From the NCBI RefSeq assembly GCF_009914755.1, contig NC_060947.1: 64,000 nt of DNA; one strand, written 5' to 3'. The notes below the pieces were generated by a model, which worked only from the letters and a program-made list of their open reading frames with translations, was not told where the DNA came from and made no database searches. Shown here piece by piece: positions 38,705 through 53,500 of this stretch (position 1 is its first letter; every line of letters begins with the position of its first letter). This stretch comes from the human T2T-CHM13v2.0 reference genome, Homo sapiens. The translations under genes and the position numbers were made by a program.

Positions 38705-41070
38705 GAGACAGAGAGACAGATGTCAGCAAGATAGGAGAATAGGACATTCTGGCACTTATCCCCCAACAGAAACATCAACTTGCCTAAGTATCCATGCATG
38801 AAAATACCGTCAAAGAGCTAAGGAAACCAGGTGACAGATTACAGCACATGGTTGTGGCACAGAAATAAGAAAAGATTCATTGAAGAGGGTAGGAAGAATG
38901 GTTTTACATTACCCACATCACCCTTTTCCCCAACCACAACAGCACAACATGGAGAGAGATAACCCCTACTTGGGGGAAGGAGAGGGAAGTGAACATTGTA
39001 TTTTGTCTCGGCCCCCAACACTGGGCCCATCCAAGTAAAACCCAGTACCAGGCATGTTGCTAATACCCCAAACTCCATGCCAGTACCCATGGACTGAGTC
39101 TCCAGGGCCAACTCAGCATCAGGCTGCATCCCATAGCCCCAGGCTCCAGGCTTGCCTGGCTGACTCAGTCTCTGGGCCACTCCACCTCCAGGCCAACACC
39201 ACCAGCAGCTCTAGGCTCTAGAACAACTCCAGCAGCCCTGGGCTTCAGGCCCACCCCAATGCTAGACAAGCCCCCACAGATTCAGGTTCTAGTTTCCATC
39301 CCAGGGCCAGGCCAGCCCCAGCAACCCTGGGCTGTAGACCACATCTGGGCTGGCCCCAGTGGTCCCAGGCCTCAGGCTGGTCCCAGCAACAGAACAGCCC
39401 CCACAGCCCTTGTCATCAGGCTAGCACCTATGGACCCAGCCTCCAGGTCAGCCTCTGTGGATATAGGCTCCAGGCCAACCCAGCTCCAACCCAGCCCCCT
39501 GCAACCCAAGGCACCAGGCCTGCCCCAGGGTTCAGAACAGCTGAGAGCCAGGTCAACTCACACAGCCCTAGGCTCCAGGCCCATCTCAGCACCAGGTGAG
39601 TACTATTGGCCTCAGCCTCAGGTACCATACTGGTCCCAAGGGACCCTGGATCCAGGACTGTCCTCACAGCCCAAAGCTTCGGGCCAGCCTCTGTGTCACC
39701 AGTCACCAGACCATCACTCTTGCTACCAGGCTCCAGACCAGTCCCCACAAACCCAGGCTTCACACTTGCCACAGGACCAGGCTGGCCCTGGGCCCCAGAG
39801 GGTCCAGAGTCACAGCCTGATCCAGCAGACCCAGGGCCCAGGCCTATCCCAGTTTACCCAGGCTCCAGACCAGACACTATGGACTCAGGCTTTAGGCCAG
39901 CCACCAAGGTTACAGGCTCCAAGTCTGCCCATGAGGACTCAAGCTCAAGCCCACCTCTACAAGCCAAATAAACAGGTCCATTCCCATGGATTCAGGCTCC
40001 TGGTCCAAACCAGTGGAATCAGACAGCAGGCCCACCTACTTACTAATGCAGGTACCAGGCCAGACTGCTTCCGGACTCCAGAAGCAAGCCTGCCCATGGG
40101 CCACACCAGATGGCCTGCCCAGAATCTCTAGATGGTCTGACTCATGTAGGGCTTTCTCAGAAAAATTACTCTGCAAAAACTGGAATGAGTCCATACTTCT
40201 TCAAGTGTGCAGACATCAATGTAAGGCAACCAGAAACATGAATAAATAAGGAGACATAACACCACCAGAAGAATACCAGAATCTCCCAGTAGACGACCTC
40301 AAAGAAATGAAAATGCCGACTTCATTTTCATTTCAATTATTTTGATTTCTTTTCCTCTGGCAGTTAGTATCTTCATTTCTTTGAGAAAGAAGATACCAAC
40401 TACCAGGGAAGAAATTCAAAATAATTGTTTTAAGGAAGCTTAGCAAACCTCAGAAAAAAATACAGAAGAACAATTTAATAATATCAGGGAAATAATAAAC
40501 AACCAAAATGAGAAATTTAATGGAGAGACTGAGATTATTTTTGAAAAATCAAACAAAAATTCCAGAGCTGAAAAATGCAATGGATAGAATGAAAAATGCA
40601 ATAGAAGAGCATCAATGGCAGAATTGAACATGGGGAAAAAAATCTGTAACTAAAGAAAATAATCTGTCTTCAGATTATTTGAAAATATACAGTCAAAAGA
40701 TGAAAAATAGAATGCAAAAAAATGGAGAAAGCTTACAGGATTTATGGCACAACATCAAGAAAGCAAATCTTCAAGTTATAAGAGTTCAAGAAGGACAGAG
40801 AGGCAAATGGGATAAAAAAAAGGGTAAAGAAGCAATAACAAAAAAACTTTCTAAATCTGGGGAAAGATATAAATATCCAGGTACAGGAAGGTCAAGGGTT
40901 TCCAATAAGATTCGATTCAAACAATTCTACACCAAGATATATTATGCTGTAAATAATAATAATAAAGAGAGGATCCTGAAATCAGTAAGAAAAAAGAAGC
41001 AAATCACATATAAGGAAGTTTTGATAAAGATAGCAGTAGAAACCTAATAAGCCAGGAGAGCGGGATGTGT
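38705..41070 (+). mobile_element. L1M (L1M2/L1M3-like) 5'UTR with GC-rich degenerate repeats plus ORF1
   Basis: CAAGATAGGAGAATAGG 5' start, (CCAGGC..CCCA)-rich 5'UTR 39000-40130, ORF1 remnants (ESLQDLWHNIKKANLQVIRVQEG; KERILKSVRKKKQITYK). Confidence 0.8.
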
Positions 41071-41399
41071 GTCTATCTCCCCTAACCCCTAGAGAGCAAA
41101 CTTCTAAATGATCAGGGTTTTACAGGATTTTATCTCTGCCCCCAAAACACACTGATAAATATCTGTTAAAACAAAGTTAACATAATCCAACCACACTCCT
41201 TTTTTGTCACCAGTGTTGACATACTAAAATGTATTATCATGTAGCAACAGGCAGTATTCCTTATGATATGGCTGGAATCACAAAAAGCACAGGGCCTTTG
41301 GTCACCATCATTTAAAATGAAAAGACATTCCAAATTGGATTTTATCTATGCAGTATCATTTGAAGGGCATCATATTGGTCCTGACTGGTTTGTGCTTAG

Positions 41400-42340
41400 C
41401 TGGCACTCTTTCTGCTAACATTTTTTAAAAGTCCTACATGGTCTTTCTAGGAATCTTATTGGGGTTCACTTCCATTAGACAAAATACACATCCACAATTC
41501 TCTTTGACATAAGCAGTTTGGGTCTTGGGCTGTTGCTGAGACTGCTTAGGAACAACACCCTTAAACTTCTTAGAAGGCATATTGTTTCATTTAAAGGATC
41601 TCTGAGGCACTGCCCAGACCTTTCTGAGGCTTTATAGTCACACCTTTGGCTTCATCTTTATAGCTCTTATTTTCCTGGACGGCTTCTAGATTTGCTCTTT
41701 GCCCAAAATCCTTTTCTTAATTTTGGCATCATTTGCCATCTAAGAAAAGCTAGGAATTTTGAAAGAAACAAGTGCTGGCTCCTTTTTGTTCAAGCTAAAG
41801 TCCTTCATTTAGTTTAACTTTCTCTTCACACATTTTCCTACAAACAAGAAGCAGCAACCAGGGGGCACCTTCAACACTGTGTTTGAAAGTCTCCTTTGTT
41901 ATACCACCCATTTCTTTAGGTGTAGATTTTCTACTCCCCACATTATTGCAATATATGACAAGGCACCCTTTTCCTCCAGATTCCAATAACATTTTTCTCA
42001 TTTCCATTTAAGCTTTCTGAGACAACTTTCACAATGACCGTCAGGTTTTTGATAACAGTCTGGTCCAAGCATCTTTGACTTTTACTAATACTCCCCTCAG
42101 ACTCCTCCCAGCTTCAGCCCTCTGTCTGGTTTCAAAGCCATTCCCCTATTTTAGGTTTTAGTTACTGCAGCAACTTACACTTACTACCAACATGTGTTAG
42201 TTATCTATTGCTATTAATACATACAAATGTTTTGTCACATATGTCTCAGCTCTATTAAATGAGAGAGAGCACTACACTAGGACATGAACACCAGGAGGCA
42301 GGGATCACTAAAACAACCTTGGAGGCTGGCTATCCCAGTG
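41400..42340 (-). mobile_element. MLT1 MaLR internal fragment plus LTR remnant
   Basis: MaLR-int-like ORF remnant at 41795-42007 and MLT1-like TGTGTTAGTTATCTATTGCT..GAACACCAGGAGGCAGGGATCAC; strongly decayed. Confidence 0.5.
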
Positions 42341-43450
42341 CCTATGCTTAACCAGTTGTTAAATACAATACTGCTCTGATATCCAGGCTCAAAGGGGCTT
42401 TTCATTTACTTAACGCTTCAGAGGGTCCACATCTGCCCTCTTTCAGCCCCACCTCTCTGCAAACAGCCAAGAGTCTAATGTATGGAGTTTAGGGGATGGG
42501 CACACTCAGAGCCCATACCCCCTTCCCCAAACATGCTCCAGGTGCCTGGGGCCCTGAATTTTCTGCCCAAGTCTTCCCAAGCCCCAAACGCCAAGTTCCA
42601 AGCAACCTGTAGACATCTATTCACTGGTTCTGTGCTTCTGAGGGTTGAGTGCATTGCATTTGCAGTGATGGTTGCAAATCAGGATGCTGCATAGAGCATT
42701 TTCAGGATCTTATAGGTGATATAAATGACTATATTTCCTTATAATTTTCATGGAAAATAGTTTATTTGGGTTGATACCCTTATCCAGATAATTGTGACAG
42801 ATAGCTATTACACCTTCCATGCCCTTACTTTTTCTTATAGTGAACCAATGTAAGGTTGGAATTTTCCTATTTTCTTTTCAAAAGTTTGCAATAAAACTGT
42901 TGCTTAATGAAGAGGTAAAGAATATCTAGATACCAAGAAGCACATTCTGATGAGTTGTCAGGTTCTTTGTAGCTTCCTTGGTCTCTGCTCTATGAAAAAC
43001 AAAATTACAAAAACAAAAACCCTTCTGTAGCTTATCTCATCCTGTATGTAGCAGTGGAGAACAATCAAAAAGGACATTGACAGTTCAGACCTGAGCATTG
43101 TCAGAAAAGCAAAGCATTCTTAAGAAGGATTGTGTGCCTGATCCAACTGATGGCAGATAGCCTCCTCCGGGTGGCTATTGGTATGGGAAAGAAGTAGTCT
43201 TGAGAAAGAGGATTTGGGCCTGGAATTTGGGGAGCAAGAAAGATGTGTGGGAAAGAAGGTGGATGCAGTTGAGCATGGTTAGAGTGGTAGAACGGTTGGT
43301 GGTTGTACTTTAGCCTTGCCCAGGGACTAGGTACGTTGCTCCCAGCCCACAGAAAGAGGGGCTATGGGATCAAGCTGAAGAGGCCATTTCTGAACCAAGG
43401 GGCAGCACTGTTTTTGTGCTTAGGTAACAAACTGTAATAAGAAGTGAGGA

Positions 43451-45502
43451 TTTGACATGGAAGTGAAAGGTTGGGGTGGAGAAGATGTTCATCTTTATCG
43501 AAAATACTTACGTGGTGACCTCATTGTTATTCGGAATCCAGTTCCTGGTCTTTTCCACCTCTGGCATGAAAAGCACTGTGCTGATGAGCTGACCCCCGAG
43601 CAGTACCGCATGTGCATCCAGTCTAAAGCCATGGATGAGGCTTCTCGCTCCCACCTGGGAATGCTGGTCTTCAGGGAGGAAATAGAGACGCATCTTCATA
43701 AACAGGCATACAGGACAAACAGCGAAGCTGTTGGTTGAAATCATAATGCCTTACTGTGTGAACCACAAACCAACACTATTTATTTAGCCTTGCTTCTACT
43801 TTCAGATGCAGTGCCTCTTTTGGAGAAGACATGTTTATTTTTCATGTTCTTTCTGACATTACTTTAGCAATTCAACTTGATGTGAGAAGAAAAAACAAAT
43901 GTTTCAACACGAAATCTCTGTTTTGTGAGAATACTGCACTATGGAATAATTGACAAATTGAAATCTCGTATTTGTCCCAAAAGTTGTTTTGAGTTAGTTC
44001 TACCTAGTGCCCATGTTCTGATTGTGTGTGGGATTGCATGGTGTCCTGATTGCATCTAGGTGGAGTGGATGGAATGTGCTGGGCCACTGTTGGGTGGAGA
44101 GCAGCACATTCTTACAGAGGAGATGGAGTGCTATGAGCATAGTGTGTGGACAGGTATCTTCACCTGCCCACCCCTGAGTTAGCCTGCTTAATTTGATAGC
44201 TTGAAGAATCCTTTTCCACTGAAGTAGAGGATAATTAATTGACACATCTGAAATCCCCAATCAATCAATCAAGAGAAAGGTAGAAATAAAAACTCCTTAA
44301 CTTACTGTTGCTTACACCCCTGAAAGTCTGTTTTTAAGCAAGTGGGTAATAGTAGAAAATAGGTTAGAATCTATGGCTTGATTAAAAAGATAATGTTATT
44401 ACATTATCATGTTCAGGATTAGGATTAGTAGTCAGAGTTGCTGTAAACTATTTTGAACAAACAGAAAAGAACACGGAAACATTTTTAACAGAGCACTTAA
44501 TTATGTTGGACTACAGGATCCTAGCTGTGTCTGGGAACATTGGTTTATGTGAGCCAGCTACATCAGGGTCTTCCCATGGTGATTCAGAATAGATGAGCAT
44601 AGCATGGTTTCGTTTGTTTTTGCTTTCAATTTTCTCATTTGGCATGGATCCATATGTATTTACTATCCTTTCTTCTAATATATTAATATATGCTACATTT
44701 GTATTTGCATTACTATAATACTTTGAATGGAGAAAGTTTCATTGTGGAGAGAAAAAGCAAATGGTATACCACAAGATCACCCTGATTTGAGAAAAGGGAG
44801 GAGGGGAAGACAGTCTGAATGGAAATCTGAAATACGGAATGTTTTAGAGAAATATATCACTTGCATATAGAATGTTTTAATTGAGATATAAATTAATGAG
44901 ACAAAGTGAAGAAGAAATTATATTCAGATAGGACTGCACTACATTATTTCTCACACATGTATCTGTTACCATCAGGTCAATTCCTAGTATGCATAAATTT
45001 TTTAACCATTGGCTTTTAAAAGAGACCTATGTTGAAAACCCCTGAAAATTCACCGAAGAAAAATCATTACTCTTTTTCTCAGTAAATCATATCATCTGAA
45101 ATATTACAAATTTCAAATTTCTAGGTGCTATATTAATTCAACATTACAATAATTCTTACCTGATTATTCTTACAAGTTTTAAGTTGTGGTAGTTTAGTGA
45201 TTTTTTTTAAAGATGTGTGAAATGTTCTCTGCAAAATAATTCAGGCCACTGTCTCTTTGTATATATTATTATAATTATTTATTATGAAGACCAGCGAATT
45301 ATGATATTTAAAGTGAGAGAACTTAATTATTTGCAAAGGTAAGTTACAGCTTGTTTTTTTGAGAGAATCAAATGAGTTTACTTTTGTTCCTGTTGTTTGT
45401 AAACTAGTTTGTAGTTTAAAGATGGAAGCTAAGCAATGGAAATGTTATATGTTTTTGACATTTATTAAATGGTACCAATAAAGTATTTTATTACCAAAAA
45501 AA
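43451..45502 (+). pseudogene. CSGALNACT2: 5'-truncated processed pseudogene of CSGALNACT2 (chondroitin sulfate N-acetylgalactosaminyltransferase 2): C-terminal CDS plus ~1.75 kb 3'UTR
   Basis: ORF 43457-43738 ([47 protein letters not shown]) matches the CSGALNACT2 C-terminus; AATAAA at 45477-45482; A-tail from 45496; 12-bp TSD AAGAAGTGAGGA at 43439-43450 and 45503-45514. Symbol refers to the parent gene. Confidence 0.93.
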
Positions 45503-45943
45503 AAGAAGTGAGGAAGAGGAAGGAGTAAGAGACCAAATATTTAAACTAGACCATCTATACCTTTTGTAATATTTGCAGGGTTCTAGGCAAGAGTTCATTT
45601 GGAGGCCTACCCTACGTGCCATGTATACAAATATCTGAAAGGTTCAAATCAACTAATAAACTGTTAAATATAGTATCTTTCCTACCATGATAGATATACC
45701 TTCTTATCAATCTGAAAGGCAGGGCTAAATTTAGAATACTTGGTGTATTTTAAAGATCTTTTTTCTTATTTAGTTTACTGAAGAAATTTAGAAACATAGA
45801 GCTTTCAGTAACAAGTATATATCAGGAATAGTTGGATGAGGTGCCAGGCTATGCATCTAGGTACCTGGAACCTCCAGGGATGCCCTCTCTTGGGCCCAGT
45901 GCATTGGTTGTTCGTTGTGGCATAAAAATGAATCACACAAAGA

Positions 45944-45945
<2 letters not shown>

Positions 45946-45983
<38 letters not shown>
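45946..45983. repeat. (GT)n microsatellite within a probable MLT1 LTR remnant (~45810-46185)
   Basis: ~18 GT units; flank GTGACATCCCATCACCTTTGCCATAT..GAAGTCACAGG is MLT1-like. Confidence 0.85.
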
Positions 45984-45988
<5 letters not shown>

Positions 45989-47309
45989 CCCATAACAAGA
46001 GTGACATCCCATCACCTTTGCCATATATTTTCTATTTCTGTCGCCATATATTTCCATATATTTTCTATTCATTTTTAGAATGAAGTCACAGGCTCTGCCC
46101 AATATAAGGGGAGGGAATTATTCAAGACTGTGAATGCTGGAAGGTTGGGTTTATTGGGGGTCAGTTTAGGGTCTGTCCATGATACCTGAACACCTCAAAG
46201 TTCTGTTCCAGTGATGTAGCTAGAGCAGACCCACACCCTCAGACCTCTGTACTACATCCCAGGCCCCAGAACCCCCTCATGCCTCAGCACTTCTCTGCAT
46301 ACTCTGAGCTCCATTCCTCACCTCAAGTGGCTACAATATGCATATGTATATATGGATACTGAAGCCCACCCACCTCATGGTCACCTCTCAGTGCTGAGAA
46401 AATACATTGACAGTGCACTTAACTTTCAGAAGCACAAGACTCAGTGAACAGGAGCCTGCAGGCCTCTTGGGGTTTGGGGCCACCTGGACAGCAAATTCAG
46501 GGTTCCAGATGCCTGAAGTATGTTTAGGGGTGGAAGGCACAGGTTCTGAGTGAGTGCGTAGATTCTCATGACCCCAAACACTGAACTTTTGGCTGCTTAC
46601 AGAAAAGTGAGACCAGAAAAGGGCAGGTGTGGAGCCTCTGTAGTGTGGGGACCATGAAAAGTCCTGTCTAGACAGGGTTAGTGAAATTCTGTGAGGTTGA
46701 GTTTATGGTTTATAAAAGAACACAGGCTTTTAGTGTGGAAAGATTTATTTGTATCTCTAAATGGTCTTACAAGAAAAAAAAGTTTAAAAACATTCAAAAC
46801 CATCACCATAAATTAACTATGAGTGCATATGTATGTGGTAAAAGGAATGCATGAGTGTGATGTATGCATGTGTAGGATGCAGAAAGTCATGTATGAGAAT
46901 AATAAACATTTTAGTAGCTGTGGCTTGTGAAGAGAAATGAAGGAGAATTTAATTGGAGAGGGGCACATGGGGGCCCTCAAGTGCTTTTGTAATGTGATAT
47001 TGCTTTAGTTGAGTGGTGAGTACATAGATATAGTATTCTATGTTCTGTTGTCTAGGTTGGCAATATTTCCTAATGAAAAAATAAAAATTAAGAGAGGAAA
47101 GGGAGAAAATTGAACAAATAACTGGAATCTGTTTAAGGAAAAAAATGAAGTCGTAGGTGACCAGAGTACGGGATTAGAAAGGGAAAAGACAAGGTATTGA
47201 AGGTGGAAGACCTCATTCTACTTTCACATAAGTTTGCTTCAGTGCTCTGTAGATAGCCTTAATACCTGCTCTCATATTTTTTGGGAGCACATCTGTTTTG
47301 TATTATTTT

Positions 47310-47866
47310 ATGAGATGGTCAGTCAGGTGCAGCCACAAAAGGAGACCGAGGAGACTCAGGAAAAAAAACAAAGTTTATTATACTATTATACTCACAGGTC
47401 CTGGAGACAAGAGGCATGCCATGCCACTCAGAGCCACATGGTAAAGATACTAGGGTGGTCAGGAGGCAGAAGACAGGAAAAAGGGACCCTTAGGCCAAGG
47501 TCTTTATTGGGATTTCTGTGGGAAAGGCAAGGCAGTGCAGGGTGAACAGTTTAGGGTCGGCTAGTTTGAATAATTTTGGAGGTCTCTAAACTATATGGGT
47601 GGTCTCTAGTTGCCTGGTATCTAGTCCTGGGATGATTAAGGCACAGGAATATTGCCTCCTGGGGTGAGAGGGCCAGACAGAGGAAGTATGGCTGTGGGTT
47701 GGCTAGTTTGCATAAAGACATGCTCTGGTTGAGCCCTTTGTTATCTTTGAGAATTGCCTAGCCCAGGGAAGCGTAGTCTCTCCCCCGCCAGTGTTTTTCT
47801 CTTTTTTTAGATGTCAGAACATCATAATATACAGGACATTTTTAAATTGGAAATGTTTACAGTACA
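47310..47866 (-). mobile_element. ERVL LTR (LTR53/MER54/MER74 group), probable 3' LTR of the ERVL element running to the window end
   Basis: Minus-strand start TGTACTG..TGTATATTATGATGTTCTGACATC preceded by PPT-like CAGAGGACCAAT; family name tentative. Confidence 0.6.
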
Positions 47867-48487
47867 ATTGGTCCTCTGATGTTTTGGCATCCTATTAAAG
47901 AAACTTTGAGGTGATGATAATGGAGACGTTTAGAGACTAATACATAAATTTCCCCAAACAGCATAGAAAACATTTTATTACGAGAATAGGAAAGAAGGAA
48001 CACAAGTAGAAATACAAGGAGTCTCTGCAGGCTGCTCCATAACTAAATTTTCCATTTATATGGCATTAGCCAAGTAAAATAGATCTGAAATTTTGAGGTC
48101 TCTAACAATATCTTAATGGAGTTGTAGTGTGTTAGAAATATGCTCAGGTCAAGATGCCAGGTTATGTTGTTAGAGGGTATGAAATGGTAAGCTAGTAAAG
48201 TATATGTAAATATCAGTGATATTTGTGTGTAGCCCAAGGGAAGGAGTCATTTTGGTTGGAGACACAGGCAGGAGGTCATCCTGAAAACCTGGATGGGGTT
48301 TAGTAGGAGTAGGCAGTGGGGAGTCAGTGGTCCTCTCCCTAGGGGGTCATGAGGTTGACTGATAAAGAGGCAGGTGCCTCCTGGGGAAAGCAATAATCTC
48401 CATTAATGTTTAGAGGAGTACAGGCAGTACTAACCTCAATCAGATTTCTCTTTAGGCATAGGAATTGTGGGGAAAGATAATTTAGTT

Positions 48488-48650
48488 TTTTCTTTGTTTT
48501 TATTTTTTTTTTTGGTTTTTTGAGACAGTGTCTCATTCTGTTGCCCAGGCTGTGGTGAAGTGGCACAGTCATTCCTAGGCTCAAGCAATCCTTCCATCTC
48601 ACCCTCCTACCAAAGTGCTGAGATTACAGGCAGGAGCCACCACACCTGGC
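48488..48650 (-). mobile_element. Internally deleted Alu / monomer-like fragment
   Basis: Poly-T, GAGACAGTGTCTCATTCTGTTGCCCAGGCT..CAAAGTGCTGAGATTACAGGC. Confidence 0.8.
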
Positions 48651-48982
48651 TGGTTTTCTTTTCTTACTCAACACTAACTTCATGGCTGAGGCACATATAA
48701 CAAGAAACAGATTAACAAAAGAAAAGCATACAAATTTACTTAATGTAAGTTTTACATGGCATGGAAGCCTTCACAAATGAAAACCCAAAGAAACAGAGAA
48801 ACCTGTGTATTTTTATGCTCGGGTTTGATGAAGAGTGGACAGTCATGCAGACATATGATAGGACAAAGGGGACATGTAATGATAATAACTGCAGGGAACT
48901 TAGCAAGGCCTATTTTTTCAAATTATTGGTGTCTCTGTGTCTTTGAGGATAAAGATGTTCCTTTTCTCTGGGTGTAAGAAGG

Positions 48983-49697
<715 letters not shown>

Positions 49698-50255
49698 GGA
49701 GGGTACTTCTGGAATAAAAGTTTTATGACCTGCTTCAGGGGAAAAGTGCAAGCAGAAGGTGAGAGTGACCTTTCTGCCTCTGCTATTTCTCAAATGCCAA
49801 GGTGCCATATTTTGGAGTAGCATGTCGTGATCCCCATCAGAGTGTAGGTGTGTACATTTGCAGAACAAGGAGTTTATCAGGATCATGGGCTAAACAGACA
49901 GGGAGCTCAGAAACATATTAGAATCCTTAATATCGAATGAAGAAAACCAAAAATGTGGGGCCTTAGAAAAGGCTGTCCATGGGTGTCACTGAGCAAAGGT
50001 TTTAGTATCTAAGGTGAAGTCATTTCCAAGATGGGGTCGGGGTGTCGAAGTCATCTCCCAAAGTGAGGTCTTGGGCCAGGATGATATCCTCTGAGATGTA
50101 GGACTAGGATGTTCTTTTTCAGTTAGTACACACTCGAGTAGATGTGGACCTCAGCATCTGCCATGTTTGAGTGAAGCAAGCACTTGCTTGGAGGGTTTGG
50201 GCTCCCAGATTGTAAACCAGTGAAAGCACCCAAATCAACAGTAAGATCAATAGTC

Positions 50256-50557
<302 letters not shown>

Positions 50558-53500
50558 TCAATAGTCAACAGAATGGTGTGCAGCTGCACCTGACAGGGAT
50601 TTTATTTTTGTGTTTTTGGTGGAATTTTAGGTTCAAATTGTTCCCATATCAGATGAGCAGCTGCCTGGCCTATGGAACAATCTACGGTTAATGAGTCCCA
50701 GGAGATTTTACCCCTTAAATATGGCCTGCAGTTTTTATGAGATTGTGGTAAGATTAAAAATGTATAAAAAATATGTTAAGGCCTGGGACAAAATGGAGAA
50801 CTTTAGGAGTTTATTTGTTGGACTGAAATTTTAAAAAGAGTCATTTTAGGAGACCATTAGGTCTCAGTTAAACTGGTTATGCGAGGTCTATCAGGAACAT
50901 GGAAATTCTATTTAATGTCTATTTCAAGAGCGCAGCAGTATGTATTCTAAGAAGCAAATGTATGTGTGTGTCTTGGTTACAACCAGTAATGTCTATAACT
51001 CTCAAGAGAGTGTAAACCAAAAGGTATGTGAGAGTCTCAGTTTCTAGAAGAGCCCAGCAGGTAACCAGTCATTTGTTATTTTAATGATGTTTTGCATGAG
51101 GCTGAGGGAAGCAATTTCTTGCATCAGAAGTCCTTGGGCAATTAATGGCTATCTTAAGTGGTCCAGAGACTACAGGAAGCATGAGAAGAGGATGCCACAG
51201 TCTCTACAGTGAAGGAGTTTTTGAGTGCTCTAACAGGAGTGTTTGTTAACTTTCATTGGAAAGTAAAATTTTTAAATGTGGAATATGTTGTTACCAGAAC
51301 CCAGAGAGTACTCAAAGATGTTGGACTTATATGTTCTTAATGAGGGCATCAAATACATCTCCTTGAAAGAGGATGCCATTAATGTAACGTCATACGTGTG
51401 TTCCTGGAGAAAGACAGATGCAGTTAAGATCTTGCCTGCAAAGATTGTTCGTAAGCAAAGCTGTTGAGGTACCCCATGGGTAGCCTGTAAAGGGTGTCTT
51501 ATGTCCCTTTAGAGGAAGAAGTAAAATGTAGTTGAGAGGATGTTGAAATGGGCACTGAACAGACCATGTTAGACAAATCTATAAGAGTAAAATATTTACT
51601 GATTTTTGACTAAATGGAGGAGTGGATATTGTATATGGGGGGCCTTGGTGGATGGGAACACAGAATTAACTTTGTAGTAATCTACTGTAAGGCATCCTTT
51701 ACTTTTTCCAGATTTAGAATCCAGGAAAATTGGGCTGTCAAATAGAGAAGCAGTGGGGACAACCATCCCATTATTAATTGGTTTTATATAATAAATCTTA
51801 ATCTTTGAAGGCCCTGTTTTAGTCACATTGGGCCATACTATTTTAACTATGGGTTCATGGTATCCCATTTCATCAAGCCAATTTATAAGCGTTGTTAAAG
51901 CGAATTAAAGTGAAGACCAGGCCTGAAGAATCCCTGAGCAGATGAAGTGACTTTAACTTTTCTTGATTTGCAAACATAAACAAAACTTAACTTGAGCTGT
52001 TTCTTGTAGATGCCTATATTAAAGAAAAATAGAACTTACACTCAACCAATCAGAAAAAGCTAACAAACTTATGTAACTAGAGATTATAGCAGCTAACAAA
52101 CTTATATAAGTAAAGATATATATGTTGACAAAAGAGTCAAACTCTGTAAAATATTTTAAGATATTTATTCTGAGCCAAATATGAGTGACAAATGGCCTGT
52201 GACACAACCCTCAGGAGATCCTGAGAACATATGCCCAAGGGGGTCAGGCCCCAGTTTGGTTTTATGCATTTTAGGGAGACATAAGGCATCAATCGATACA
52301 TGTACGATGTACATTGGTTCAATCTGGAAAGGTGGGACAACTGAAAGTGGGGGCTTCCAGGTCATAGGCAGATTCAAAGATTTTATGATTGATAATTGGT
52401 TGAAAGAGTTAAGTTATTATCTACAAGACTTGGAATCAATAGAAAGAAATGTCTGCATTATGATAAGGGGCTGTGGAGACCAAGGTTTTATCATTCAGAT
52501 GAAGCCTCCAGGTAGCAGACTTCAGAGAGAATAGATAGTAAATGTTTCTTATCAGACTTAAAGAGTCTGTTCTATCAGTAACTCAAAAAGAGAGGGGGTA
52601 TAATGAGGTATGTCTGGCTCCCCCTTCCCATCATGGCCTGAACTAGTTTTTCAGGTTAACTTTGGAGTGCCCTTGCTGAGAGGAGGTGTCTATTCAGATG
52701 GTTGAGGGGCTTAGAATTTTATTGTTGGTTTACATTCTCCCCCTTCTGGCCAAGATTTGCCAGAGGCAACATCAGTGGCCACCAAACTTTTATTATGTCC
52801 CATAGCATTGCCAAGGCAGCATGGCTGCCTGCCCTGGGTCCATCCTGTCTCTCAGTGGGAACCCCTATGGCCAAGGGGTTGAGAACCAAAAGACTTACAG
52901 CCAATTACGTGTTCTAGGCAAACAGGAACGGACGTGGACAGACATTCATTACCCTTTAAAAATTTTAAAGTAATTTAAAAGCCAACAAACAAAAAGCCAA
53001 AGGTGAGGCTACAAATTGACTTTATCTGTCTTTAACTTTTATGTGTTGAGCTACTTTAATCTTGGTTTTAGTTATAGGCTTACAGCAATTGAGTATACCA
53101 AACATAAGCATTGCTAAACCCTTTTAAGCTAAGGAATTTACAGACTTTTGATGTGCTGCAATGCTTTTTCTGGTCTTTTTGTAATTTGTCCTAAAATGGC
53201 TGATAAAAATTTTTTAAAATATATTCATATCCATAAATCTCATAACTAAGAGTATTATAACAAGGAGGCTTTTGTCACAAGGTATCTTATTATCTCAGTA
53301 ATAAATTTTTTTTAACTGTACAAGAAGCAGCAAATTCTTTATGGTTGTGACGAATGAAAAGATGCCACATAATATCTCAGAAGGCAAAGTCTCTTGTTTT
53401 ACCAGATGTTTAAAAATCTGTGTATGCATGCTTGATTTTGGATGGCCTGAACTAATTCTATCCCTCAAAACCAGCCCTTATAATCTCATGTGCCCACGTC

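Noticed and set aside
39259-40131. 290-aa Pro/Gln-rich ORF, the longest in the window
   Set aside because: Lies in the C-rich, T-poor degenerate repeats of an L1M 5'UTR directly upstream of ORF1; several overlapping frames are also open, as expected from composition; no recognisable domain
43457-43738. Genuine last exon of CSGALNACT2
   Set aside because: Flanked by TSDs with a genomic A-tail, in-frame stop immediately upstream, no canonical acceptor at the homology start and no upstream exons in 43 kb
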